Source: Haliotis rufescens
Lineage: Eukaryota
Direction: 5' to 3'
Length of the DNA stretch: 64,000 nucleotides
Assembly: GCF_023055435.1 (NCBI RefSeq)
Contig: NW_025963846.1
Coordinates: 15,810,001-15,874,000, forward strand
Below are positions 1-13,361 of this stretch, piece by piece; position 1 is the stretch's first letter; every line of letters starts with the position of its first letter. The notes under the pieces are model-generated. The model worked only from the letters and a program-made list of their open reading frames with translations, made no database searches and was not told the DNA's origin. Position numbers and translations under genes: made by a program.

Positions 1-2711
1 AACAGGAGATACTCATAATCGCAGAACGTTTTGGGATTCCATAAGTATTCTTCTCGAACATAATAATATTTCTATTCAGTTGGATACACTAAATCCGAGT
101 ATCTTTAACAATGTAATTGGTCTCGATCAGAGTATTGATCTCTTGAGCATCCTTGATTAGCCAACGTACCAGGTCTCCTTTCTACTATAGTGAGTGAGTA
201 TTGTTTTGCGGCGCTTTTAGCAATATTCCAGCAATATAACGGCGGGGGACAGCAGAAATGGGCTTCACACATTGAACCCATGTCGGGAAACCACTAGGCT
301 ATCCAATGACCCCCTTTCTACTATAGGATTTACGGCAACATATTTTAGATATATGAACACTGGATAATCGAGGATGACGAAACATAAGGGTGTTAACATT
401 CTGCAATATCTGATCTACAATGACGACTTTACGCTGAGGGAGTGAAAGATAGTCATCGAGCATCCATTCCAAAAGCTGCTTAAATTCCAAAGCGAGGCTT
501 ACATTACGGTGCTAGTTTGAGCTCTGAGGGGCTTTCTTCACTTAAGTCCCCATTGGAAATTTTATTACTGGTGTACAGAAAGGGAACTCCATCATGACTT
601 CTTTGATTCACAGAAGACTTTGGGTCTTCCAGGCATCGGTATCGCTCAAAAACATCCTTTACCAGACCCTTTGACAGTGTCTTACATGGTAATATGGTTG
701 ACTTAAAACAACGTGTGTAGTGTTGCTTTTAAACAAGATACCAAAACGAATCGTGAACAATAATAGTCTTGTAATTCATATGAAAACAAACATACATACC
801 TGCTATCAACATGAGTTGAGCGAACACACAAAAGACTACCTGCGCCTTCATTGTGTGAAGATGTATAAAGATGTATTGTGTTGGGTGTTTATCTCCTTAT
901 CTGTAAGGAAGTATCTGTCTCAACCAGACGTTCCCGATACGATCAACGCGGCCGTGGCCATGTCGAGTGAGTGAGTGGTCAAAGATGGCGCGCGTGTCAT
1001 GGTGCAGTTCCATACATCCAATATACATCCATGCACATTTACAAAGTGTACAAGGAAGTTCGAGATTACATATGAATCACAAAAATGTAAATCACAAAAA
1101 ATATTTAGTACCTCTATTATGAATGAGTGAGTTTTGCTTAATGCCGCTTTGAACAGTATTCCAGTTATGTCACTGCGTGTCAGCTTAATGTGGGAGGAAA
1201 GCCCGAAGTGACGCAAGACTCATGATCAGACGTTTACCACTGTGGTGAAACCTACGAACACGTTTTCCAGTGTTCTGAAGGCAGGTGCCTTGGCATTTTG
1301 ACGAACATAACGTCACAACTTTCAATTTTGATACTACCTTTTCATCGGGATGGGGAAAGATCTTTCTTGTACATTCTTCCTTCTTGGTGATGTGACTACT
1401 AAATCCATAGGTATCTGATTTGATTACTCAACTGACTAATCATCTGACTAATCAACCTTTGTCAAAGCATTGGCCGAATATACCCTCCCTTTAATCTCGT
1501 CGAAACGTATATTTGGTAAGTCATACAGATCTAGCAGTTCGTCTATTTATGGATGTTACCCTATACCGTAGTCGATGATAATGCTGCTTATATGCATTTA
1601 ATAATGTAACAGTTAAAGGAGAGTTTGGAAACGGAAGGATGAAATTAAAAATGGCATTTACATTAGAAAGGGAAGGTCTAATATTTCTCACATTGTTAAC
1701 CACATTCTCACTGTGACTGTCTGGCTGCTGTCACTAACGTGGACATTAACCGCACCTTTTGAAAACCAGGAAGTAGAAGCATGTCAGATTTATCTCAGAT
1801 ACAAAATGCCTCCTGTCATTTGAATCCAACGAGTGGGAAGTTGAATCTTTATCGAAGACTTCAATAGGATAAGGGAGCATCTCCAAAGTTAGCCAAAAGT
1901 TAATTGCTAAGATTATAGACCCCTCCCGCTCCCTGCATAGATATCTTTTTGTCTTCGCTGATGGAAAATCTATAGACCTGCTACAGCCCGTGCTTCCCCT
2001 AACTGATAATTTAAAGAATAAACATTTTCATCCGACATCGTAGTTTTTAATTGTTTGCATGATGAGAGTTTTGTGGGTTGAGTCTCATCAGGGCATGTCA
2101 ACATATGTTTTGTTTGTTTGTTGTTCTACGTTATGACGGCCTGTAAAAACCGAGCCGACACACGAATTTTGATATTATGAACAACATCCAACGACTGACA
2201 CGCAGCCAACCAAGTCACCGAGCATGAGCACCCGATTAACCATTACCATGGTAAGTGGATCAGTGTGCTGCTCTGGGGTGTAATTATCAGCTCCACGGGG
2301 AGTATACAACCCAAGCTAGAAGGTTAACAGTTATATTTACCATCTCATCCTACCGGGTATCCGTTTGATGCTGGGTGAAAAGAGACATATTCATGAACCT
2401 ACCCTTCCTCAGGCGGCACCACATGTAACATGTGTTTCAGTGTTGGCAAGAGTCAAGCAAAAGGCTGGAGCTGATGGAATATTGCTCGACATGAACGGAA
2501 AGTTGACAATTGGAAAGGTGAAGTCATCTCGCCTGTCATACAGATTTGAATGTGGATATTTTTTTCAGTGAGCTATTCATATAACTCTCAGCGATATTTT
2601 GCTTTTTACGCCCATTGGAACCTCTTTTGAATTTTTGGTTATTCTCTGGCGTTGACGTTTGATATTTTTATACATCGATGACATTAACAAGTAATCACAC
2701 TGAGATATGTA

Positions 2712-3071
2712 CATCTTCCCGTGGCAAGGGAGTTAACTGATTATAAAAGTCCAGCTTCATCCTTTGCCGAACTAGGCTGGAATTTCGTGACCCTATCGCA
2801 GTGTCATCATTGGCTATTGCGAGTTATGTCCCTTATATGTCACTCCTATTGACCAATCAGATTCCACCTATCATATTCCTTGCATTTGCTTCAAACAAAA
2901 TTGCGGCGCCCAGTCATGACGATCTGATCGATAATCAAGATCTATTTCGTCATAAAAAGATGAAAAGATTTGCAAAATATCTGTTAACGCCGAGTTGACG
3001 GTCTACATGCTTTTCAAATCCTGCAATCGACGGAAACTGGACTTTTTATAGCCAGTCGCCTTGAGAAGATG
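2712..3071. mobile_element. MITE / non-autonomous DNA transposon with 9-bp TSD
   Basis: Termini catcttccc...gagaagatg, perfect flanking direct repeat agatatgta (2703-2711 and 3072-3080). Same family as 56444-56994. Confidence 0.8.
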
Positions 3072-3493
3072 AGATATGTACGACACTACATATAAGCAGT
3101 CATAATCACCCATCCCTAAAAGATCTTGAATAATTAAGATTGAAGACTACACACGCCGTCGGAGTATGAAGACAAAAGATAATATATAATATCGTTATAG
3201 CCTTTTAGATACATGTTTGGATATAGATTAACAGAAAACAGTAACTATGCTTCATATAAAGTTCAATAAGAATAATTTTATTTTAAATTAAATCATGCAT
3301 CTTTCAATACATATTCACAGTTACCTGTGTATGTTCATGCACAGCGCTAAATTGGGGTATGTGCGTTTGTTTGTTACCCGCCTCAAAACCAAACACCGAA
3401 CCTCATAGCATTGTATTGTCGCCTAATTACCCAGAGAGAAGACGTCTTCGCCTGTTCACGACTTTCTTCAAATGGTGAAATACAGCACACGCG

Positions 3494-3613
3494 TCCCTTA
3501 CATCATTCCGTAGTAACGTGTTGTCATTTCGAAGGCGTTCTGCTGTGTCGTGGGTAACTATATCATTGCCTGTGCGAAATAAAAGATTCAGTTGTGACAA
3601 GTCTCCAGCGATA
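3494..3613 (+). promoter_or_regulatory. Conserved proximal promoter of paralog 1
   Basis: Blocks TCCCTTACAnnATTCCRTAGTAAC (3494-3517) and TGTCGTGGGTA, plus Inr-like TCAGTT (3588-3593), are shared with the other paralogs. Confidence 0.6.
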
Positions 3614-6600
3614 ATGGCAAAGTTATTGTTTGTCGTAGTTTTGACTGTGCTGTCAATATCTGCATTTACAGAGGCGCAATTCTTTTTCCGTAAGTAATTG
3701 TTTCGTTTTTCGTTGTTTGTTGTTTCTCTCTTATCAAATCCGTAAATAGTTGACGTCTATGCGCAAAGTCAATATACTCTGATGACATTATATCAAATTT
3801 CAGAAAAACGTGATCTCGTCATGACATCGTATTTTTGACATTATACATGTACATGTATACCAAGCTACGGCACCCTCTGCGCAGATTGTCTTTGAACACC
3901 TTCACAAATTCAAAAGTATATTTAAACCCAGTGGGACAATTGATTATATAAAAGCGACAAAACACTTTCCATATTCACAAGAAATATCTGCAAAGCAGCA
4001 TCGATTGTACGATTACTATATCACGAGCATGTGATTATGAAGTACTATCAAATAGTGAGGATACTGGGTATTAGCGTAAATCCCAGTGTATCCTGCCCAA
4101 TAAGTGGCACCAAACACAAACACATGCAAAGACAAGTCAATTGTTCACCTGAACAAATTTGAATATATGTGTTAAAGTGTTTCCTTTTACCTACATAATA
4201 ACCAGGATGGGACACGCAGTTGAATGCGATAAAAGCGACCAAACCCTTTTCCATGTAAGCAGAGTCGATGGTACTATTTCGACTATCACATGAGCATGTG
4301 TTTATGAATCACTATCAAATAGTGATGATACCAGGTTTTTTCCAACAGAGGACAGTTTGACAGACCATTGGCTAATATAGGTCTATAGGAGAAAATATGC
4401 CCTCATTCCAAGTATTGATGTTGTCCTATATGTCCTTTAATAATTCGGACAGTAACACGATTCATTAAAATACTTGGCAAATATTAACAGAGAAACGGGC
4501 AAACAGATTGTCAACATTGCCTTGAAATGTCGGCAACGAAATGTCATAACACAGAACGACTGTCATATTGCAGGTACAAATGCAGGAAATATGGGAACGT
4601 ACATGTTGTCCTCTATGTGTCTGAATATTGCAAATCTAGATTAGACTGAAGGAAAATACTTTATCATGAATCTATGACTTTGATGTGAAAACGGACATCC
4701 AAGCTATAAACAGTCACTATGCCAAATAGGAGTAATTTAGCTGTTTTGTTTTAAACGACTTCTACTCTAGAACTAAGAGATAGATATCAAACTCGCCCTG
4801 GGGTCCAGCCTTGCCTCTGGAAACTTAGATCCTGGATCTTAACATGGAAACGGTTCAGATCTTTATACTACTTTTGTATCTAGAGAAGTACACGTTCATG
4901 CTATCAGATTTGCCATCCACCCCTTTTAAATGCTGGCAGAGTCAAAGCTACGAAATATTTGCAGTATTATATACCAGTACAATGCAAATGTATATTTTGT
5001 CATGATTGAGTAAATATCCAGGTGAGCGATACAGGCGCAATGGGCCTCTTGTTTGTGTCACAGCATTGATTATACAACTTTACAAAAGGGTGATTTAAAT
5101 TGTAAATCTAATATCAGGGTTATTACAGTCTAGAGCATTTTCACTTTTGAATAATAGATTACAGTTCTAGTGTGATATATAAACCGTGAGAACAACAGTC
5201 TGGCTCCAGCAATGGTTATTTTACTGTGGATAATGATTTTATCTTACAGTCTGTTGTTGGTCGCATGTTAAGTAAAAGAAGGGTGAAGTGCGTGGTTGGT
5301 TAGTGGATTTTTCAAATATCTTTGATTGGGTAAACCGATATAAATTGTGGGCAGTTTAAGAACATAAGGGAGTATCACCGATATCAAATCATGTATTGAA
5401 AACATGAATATATTTCTCAAAACCTATCGCTGATTGATCGGCGATCATACCCTTATTCCAAATATGGGCAGAAGTAGTTGCACCGGTCTCAGCGATCGCC
5501 AGTCGGTCGCAAAAGAAATCAGTCGCCAAGAGGTCGCATCGCGGTCGCATTGTCTGTGTGACTGTAGCTTTAGAGCCCTGATCTGTGGAACCCGAAGGCA
5601 GCAGTAACAGTGTTCTTCTCATATTAGTCATACTGTGATTTCATTTGTTATACATTTAAGATAAAGTAAGACGAGTTCTATGGATGAACAACTTCTTTAT
5701 TACAATAATTGTTCATCCATAGAACTCGTCTTACTTCTAAATGCTACTCAAAGAAGAAACTTAAGATAGTTTGGGTGAAGAAAAAACCACAAGTTTGAAA
5801 GGGAGAAAACATGTTTCGTGTGACCTCAATGATCAATATAAATAACATCAAGCTACCCTAATCAGTCTTGACAAGAGATTTCTTGTTAAGCTAGAAGACG
5901 GAGAAAACAGTAAATCCATATTACACATATCATCGTCATCTTATATAATACAATATTTGCCGCAGAGTGTCCTCCAAACTGCCACGATACTGAGTGCACA
6001 TCCATGGGCTGTGTCACCTGTGACCCGGGCTACTGCAGATACTACAGCACAACCAACAAGTGAGAAGAATACGGGATGAAGGGTAGAATGGGATGAAATA
6101 TCTAATATTACCTATGAGGATAGACAAATCGTGTGCTACAACATTCCCATGTTCACAATGCCCATTGTTTAATTGAAGACGATATGGCGTCACAGTGCTT
6201 CATTATTGACAAAGATTCGATATGTCATCCATTGTTCGCATTATAAATTGATGACACAACGTCATCGGAATGAGAAGGTGCAACATAATGAGTTTTATTT
6301 AAAGCAGTATCAAATATTCGATAACATGGCTATAAATTGACTGATCTACTGATGGTAATACGTTTTTGTCCGACAGAATAGGCATATGCGTCCTTGCATG
6401 CCCGACTGGAATGCACTGTTACCATGGTGTTCTCTCCGTCTGTACGAGTAAGTACACCATACTCAACCTCGATGTATTAGAATCTGTCCACCGAATACGA
6501 TAGATACAGAAAATACTGATGAACGTATAAGAACTGCCTTCTCATGGTAGGTAGAGTTTAGGGTGCGGGTGTGACGAGTGGAATTTGGACCTTATATGAC

Positions 6601-7508
6601 ATGATAGACACAATTTTTTGGATAACAACTTCTTTAATACTGTAAAAAGCGACGTTTCGGTATAGATCCTTATACCGTTGTCAAGCAAGACTGAATGAGG
6701 GACATAGTGCAGAATATATATAGCAAGTGGAGGATTAACAGTAGAGGATTAACAGTAACAACAAGGGCATACATGAGTGGGATAACATAGGTAGGTGTGA
6801 CAACAAGGATGATGCTATCACAACACGATGGACAGAAAACACATAGCTAGAAGCCAAGTAATGCCTATCAAACAACTTATATGACATGACACCATCTCAA
6901 TCGGTGAAGACGATTCAGCTGTTTTCCCGTTGAGAAGCCAGAAGCACATGCCTTTGGGTGACGTGTGCTGCATGGAGTACATACATACGTGTGGTGTTCT
7001 TGCAACACCGACGCCCTGTACCGTAGAGACCGCTGTATATTCCTTTGGGTGACGTGTGCTGCATGGAGTACATACATACGTGTGGTGTTCTTGCAACACA
7101 TGACGCCCTGTACCGTAGAGACCGCTGTATATTCCTTTGGGTGACGTGTGCTGCATGGAGTACATACATACGTGTGGTGGTCTTGCAACACCGACGCCCT
7201 GTACCGTAGTGACCACTGTATATTCCTTTGGGTGACGTGTGCTGCATGGAGTACGTACATACGTGTGGTGTTCTTGCAACACTGACGCCCTGTACCGTAG
7301 TGACCGCTGCATATTCCTATGGGTCGTGATACACATATTTCTGTGTTAGGGATGGCGCTGCAATATTGCTGGTTGTAAAATAAAAATCCACCCATTCACT
7401 AGACTTACAGCGACTGTAAGACGATCAAAACTAACAACGGGAGGCCGGAAATTAGGACCACCAAAAGAACTGCTGAACTCACCATCGGATTTCGGGCATT
7501 CGTTATGA
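3614..7508 (+). CDS. Secreted 10-Cys furin-like-repeat peptide, paralog 1 (last exon uncertain)
   Basis: Exons 3614-3689, 5966-6059 and 6377-6447, all GT-AG, phases 1/2/1, give MAKLLFVVVLTVLSISAFTEA|QFFFQCPPNCHDTECTSMGCVTCDPGYCRYYSTTNKIGICVLACPTGMHCYHGVLSVCT. The homologous terminal exon lies near 7411-7552 (AATAAA 7547) but has lost its polypyrimidine tract. Possible ends: 7411-7508, 7421-7434 or 9000-9046. Confidence 0.85.
5664..5736. repeat. Perfect 28-bp inverted repeat with 17-nt spacer
   Basis: aagtaagacgagttctatggatgaacaa (5664-5691) pairs with ttgttcatccatagaactcgtcttactt (5709-5736). Confidence 0.9.
6951..7325. repeat. Minisatellite, 91-92 bp x4, in intron 3 of paralog 1
   Basis: Units start at 6951, 7042, 7134, 7225. 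Confidence 0.95.
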
Positions 7509-10500
7509 TTGAGAGTTGATATGATTTATCACTTATAAAAACAATGAATAAATTAATGCAATAAACACTCTCTGTTTTGAAATATTTCATAACGACGGAG
7601 ATATAAGGTAAGAGTTGTTATTTTGTCTAAATGTGGAGAACTCCAGATATTTGCTGTTCACCTATCACCAGTGGAAAGGAAACCGAACTTGAGAGTTGAG
7701 GTGAACCGTCGTTTTCAAGATTTCTGGACTTATAAAACGATGTGCGTGGGTGCATGCGTGCATGTGTGTGTTAGTGGGTGTAAAGTCCAGACTTAGCCGG
7801 TTTTATAGCGGTACACCCGATGCGGCAATGTAACACGGATGCCCGGGGTCAGATGCAGCATAATGATTCGAGAAACCCGAGGGAGGCTGCCGAGGCTACT
7901 CATGAAACACATTTATCATCCATATTCCACTAGCGCGCATTTGCAAGTCAATATGAGTAAATCTTTACATGCATTTCGTTTTTGATAAGGGGACAATTAT
8001 TCAATTCATCATTCAACAATATAGGTAACTCTGCGGCTTAATATATGGGAGATCTTAACTTCGGTTTCCTGAGGTGAGATTGAACACAAGCATTATTCAG
8101 TGACTTTACATTGAATCACTGACAACGCGGCAGCATTTTTCTTATTAGTTTTACAAAACGTTTACAGAAAAAAAACCTTGCCAATAATATTCAAAACTTT
8201 TCATCTGATTTATTTTCATTTTGAAATTAAAGCCACGGCAAATGAAGTTTAAGTCGCCCAATTATTGTTTTTAAGTGGCAAATGTCACTACTTTGTTGAC
8301 TGTTTGATACGGCATATAATCAACTATGATTAAAAGCTTACGTATAAGTGTGACATTTGCAAACTTCACTGAGAAAAGTCTGTTTCCTTTTTTGGTTAAG
8401 AGTAAAATCTGTTTTCTGAAATTCGTGATTTTTAGTGTGTTTTTGTATATGTTCAAATGATGTTTCTCATTTACCAAAAATAGTTTTTCCATATATATCC
8501 ATAGTAGATGCTAGTACATACAAGTACATACAAGTACAAACAGGTACATAAGGCATCAATCCTGAGCGAGTAACAAGTCGCTAAACCAACGTAAACCTCA
8601 ACCTATAAAAACCTCATTCACAAAAGTAAGATCTTATATGATAGTGAGTGGAGACAGTGTTGACGTGGATGGGTTGCTATCGGCGGGGTATGCATTCATA
8701 TATTTTGCGACAGACGCTTTTAAAAAAAACCATATTTCATAACGCATTGTAATTTACCCAGTAACGCATTCAAACCATGCGATCTCAAAGGCACATTAAC
8801 TGGCGGGTGTGGATGACTCAACAGTGCCCTGATGTCAATGCCTTAGACAACGAATTTGTTTGTCTGTTGGGGCTATTAAATTTTCATGACCAGACTTCAT
8901 GTTACCTGATCACAAAGTGTTCGCAATCAAATGTGGTTTCTTTTGTTAAATGAATTGCCGTGTTCACATCAGATCTAACCTTTCCTTCCCTTCCCACAGG
9001 TGAATCTAACATATCAACACCTAATAGTCCTGATGGCGTCACTTGAAGCATTGTAACATGATGACACCTAGAGGTCGTGAGAATCGTGTCGTCGACCGCT
9101 GGTTCGTTTTGCCCTTGTTATGATCTGAATGGTGCGCGGTAACCCAGGTAACCCAGCCCTACACTGAAAACATAGCGTGTGTATCTCCATTCCACCATGA
9201 CGAAACAAAAGGCGAACTCTTTGGTGTTAGAAAATGAATAAAGCGGCAGTGGGTTGTCGATCAGAATTTACGGAATCACCGACAACAGCCTTTGAAACAA
9301 AATATGGCGCTCTATATGCTCAAGCAGTTTGGTGCCGTAATACTTCACTCCACCGTATGCCAGGCACAGAAAGTAGGTAGCACGGCAACGTCGTGAGCTA
9401 ATATGGGTGGGCACCCCTAAAGAAAACTTAGCAAGCCTTGCAAGATTTTGTTCTTCACCGCGCGTCACTACTATGGCGTCATTTTGTTCATTGTGACGCA
9501 AAAATATGACGTCAGAGTCGTACAAAGTCTTTCTGCTTGAAAAACACAAAGCTTGAAAAACATTCTCTTTGCAGATTTCTATCATGCCATACATCCTTTG
9601 AATATCGTAATAACCTCTCCTTTGCACGTAAAAGAAGGACTGTAAAAGAAGTACTGTTGTAAAGATATTAGCTTCCGTGGTGATACGTTCGTCAATCGGC
9701 TGTTTCAATTAGAGCGGGTTTATCGCGATTTGATACCTCTGATTGACCAATCAAAATCGAGAATTTATAAAAAAAAAAACGGTACAACTGCCAATAATCG
9801 AACACACACTATATTTCCAACTCTCTCAAGTTTTCAACTTCCAATCTTTTATTAAGATTTATTTACTATTCACTGCTTTGTAACTGGAGAGAAAAGTGAG
9901 ACAGTGACGACAGTGTCGCGTTCCGACCATTATGTGCTGAAGTAATTATTTGTGTTTGTTTTACATAGGTGTGATATAAAATTTGCCGAACTTCACATTG
10001 AAAAATAACAGAAAAAATGATGCTCACCAATTAATTAGGATGAGCGATCGGTGTTAACTGTATCAGGTCCGTTCAACAAATTCGCATCACTGCGACTGTG
10101 CTTCAAACGGAGAATGCGCTAGATTTTATGTGCGCTTCAGAGTACCCATGTTTGATGAGGTCAATATGACTTTATTCAGACTGTTTTTGTAATAGTATTG
10201 TTTTAATGTGTCTCATAAGCCTTGTTGGCTGGGCATCATTACTTATTTATTGTATTTTAAAATGATCATGATAATATAACATATGATGTGTGACACAACA
10301 ATAAAATATATTTCTTCTTCTTCTTCTTTTCTTGTTATAGCTATTCTCACTGCTGCTGCTTGTACTAATAAACCCTTCCCTATGTAAGTATATATATACA
10401 TTTTAGGTTTATTATTCAAAGAAGTGTCCTGAACGCAACATGGCTACATAGCCACGGTATTCCTATTTGTTATGAGTTGTTATTATACTAACTTTCGGAC

Positions 10501-12129
10501 AATAAAACAAGAACAATAGTTTGTTACAAATAAATGGGCGCAGTATATTATAATTTGTTGACAGTAGCCGGGAGCCTAGGGACCCAAAACCTATTGTCAG
10601 TGCCTACCCGAAGGCACCAGGGCAACCCAAGCAAAGGAAGCACACACCTACGAGGGTATAAAAATCCACATCGATAGGGCCTCCTTAAGCACAGAAGCAA
10701 AAACCTTGTACACAAGTAGTGCAAGTACATACAAATCAAAGTATTACCAGCAGGAGTGTCACACTGACTGGCGATACTGGGAGAAGTTGACAGTAGGGTA
10801 TCACATAGCCTGCTATTTCTCCAGCGAAGCAAACTCAATGCAATAACAACCAGCAAAAAGCATTTGGCCCCCAGACTCCCCGCCACCACTTCTTGTCTAT
10901 ACAAGAATGTCCCACCAAATGCAGCATTGCTAGCAAACCACCAGATTACCGGTATTAATAAGCTAGAATGCTAACAACTGAATGGTACTCAAACCCTCCA
11001 GAAGGCTGTCATGCAAAACTGTTAAATAAATGTCATTACTCAAATGAGAGGTGGGTCCTATCATACGAGGGCTGGTCAAAAAGTTCTAAGCCTGACTACC
11101 TATTAACCATGAGGTATAAGAAAGTGAACTAGTCAATGTAGTACATTGTTTCAGTAGTTCATTCCAAGTGTATGTGGTCTGTTGAGGCCGTTTGTATATA
11201 AGTGACAGCCAGTTGAACGCAATTGGGGTCCAAATGGACACAGAAATAAATACTTAGAAAGAGTACCGAGCAGTCATCAAGCTTTTGAAAAATACTCCTT
11301 AAGACGCCAATGTATGTTTACCATAACCATCGAGTGTTTGATCGATTTTATACGCTTGATGGGAAAGTCTGTGTTGTGGTTGCTGAATCAGTCTGCACCA
11401 ATACTGGACAAAGGCCCTTGTGTGGCTGCTTTAACGAGTGTCAGAAATGCAGTACCCTACTATTATAGTGTAGGACCTTTGGCAAATGCTACAGATATCA
11501 CGGTAACTAGGACATGAAGCTACGGTCTCTGATTGTTTACTACTTACCGCGGTTTGATTGTTGTTCCCCTAACTAAAAATATCGACCGATCAAAGAGCTG
11601 CTTCAAGCAACGCCACAAGGGCATGTGGCACTGGAGCTGCTATGGATGTAATATGATACGGCATGGAGACTCTGCCACATTCAGAAACGCCTGAACACGT
11701 AATACTATATTGCACACATTAACAGCAACACAGAACAACACTCCAATCCACACTAAATTGCAACAATCAAATGACACTAGCAACGGTACTTAACCCCCTA
11801 ATTGGCTTACAAACCTTTAAAGCACTAGGCATATATCTAATCAAAACAGGCCTACTAGGCCGCATTTAAAAAAAGGTACAACAACCCTAAAATTCTAAAC
11901 CCATAAAACACACAATCTCCATTTAGTGTATGACGATCTATACTTTGACTGCATTCATACCGAGGAACAAGTCACCTGGCCTCTATTTGGATGTTGAAGT
12001 GTTTCTCACCACCTGGTACCTGCTGAATACTAGTCCTCCACTTCCTGATGTCTACAATCATCGTTTATACTCACCATGCATGTGTACCAGTATACGTGGT
12101 GGCACGTGGCACGTGCACAGCGCACAGGT

Positions 12130-12780
12130 CACAAATCAGGTGAAGTTAAGCAGCGCCGGTCTCGGAGAGTAGTTAGATGGGTGAAACTATAGCGGGACTA
12201 CTGGGTTTCTAGGGCTTCGGTCCTGCCCCACACTGAAGCACATGAACCACATGTGGTGTCTCCTTAGGCAAATGACTTTTTTCGAAATGTGGCTCTGATC
12301 ACCGGTAGGATGAGATGGTAATGTGGCTGTTAGCCTTCTAGCGCCCGACAGGCAGCTTTGGGTTGTATACTCTCCAGGGAGCTGAGAATGAAAGTCGAGT
12401 GCTCGCTGATCCATTGACCGGGGTTATAATCAGTGTTCGAAATACCTGCCTGCCCGACCGTCCGAGACGGGTTGATTTCAACTCGGGCTGCCAGATTTTC
12501 AAATCCCCCTGCCCGACGGTCGGGTTATATTTCATATGTGACAATATTCTAAATATTTCCCGATGATAATCATTAATTCACATGTAAAGATGAATGATAA
12601 AATGTAACCAAAAAGAAATCCCGTTAGCTTATCCTGAGAAACATATGATTATAGTGGGCAGGCAGGTTTTGGTCAGGGCTGGCAAGTATTTCAGCTAGCC
12701 AGTCCTGTGGTCTGGCTGAAATTTTTGGGAGTTTCATACCCTGTTATAATGTAGCGCCTTGAGCATGAACTGCCACATGG
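12130..12780 (+). mobile_element. SINE with 5S rRNA-derived head and Nin/Deu-like core, interrupted by a hAT-like MITE (12431-12743)
   Basis: gaagttaagcag..agtagttagatgggtga..gggactactggg..tagggctt resembles the 3' half of 5S rRNA; core ggatgagatg..gggttgtatactctccagggagctgag. Insert cagtgttcgaaa..tttcataccctg is flanked by (g)ttataat. A related core lies at 2245-2450 on the - strand. Confidence 0.55.
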
Positions 12781-13361
12781 AGGTTAATGGTTAATGGTTA
12801 ATGAAGGGGTGCTAATCGTTGTGGAATCAAGTCATGTACATCTCAACTTTATTAATATGAAGGTCATAAATGAATATAGAGAGTGTATTCAAATTCCGAT
12901 GTATATGTCCAGGATGTACAAGTCAATATTCTACTGATTCAACATACCTTAATACATGTCAATCGGTCTATTCCCTTGTCTTTGTCAAGTGTTTATTTCG
13001 TTTGTGAGGTGAGGTGAAATGGGGTTTAATGTCGCGTTCAAGATTATTGCACTTATATAGCGACGTGCATCCACGTGTGTGCATCTGCCTGTTCTAGTCC
13101 GGACTGATGCCGATTTATAGTGCTAGCTCACTGAGATACCATGCCTGCTGTGTAACATGAATACACCACTCAGACACAGTATACTGACTCCGAGCCGACC
13201 AGTCCTTGTTTAGTCCCTTAATGTCGAGCGCCAGACATGGAAACAACAAGTACCATCTTTTAACGTTTATTGGTATGACGCGGCCGGTGATCGAACCCCG
13301 GACCTTCCGCTCTCCGGGCAGACCCACTACCACTAGACCACGGGGCGGTCCTTATTTCGTA

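Noticed and set aside
6060-6063. In-frame TGA immediately after exon 2 in every paralog
   Set aside because: This follows automatically from a phase-2 GTGAG donor and is not evidence of a programmed short isoform.
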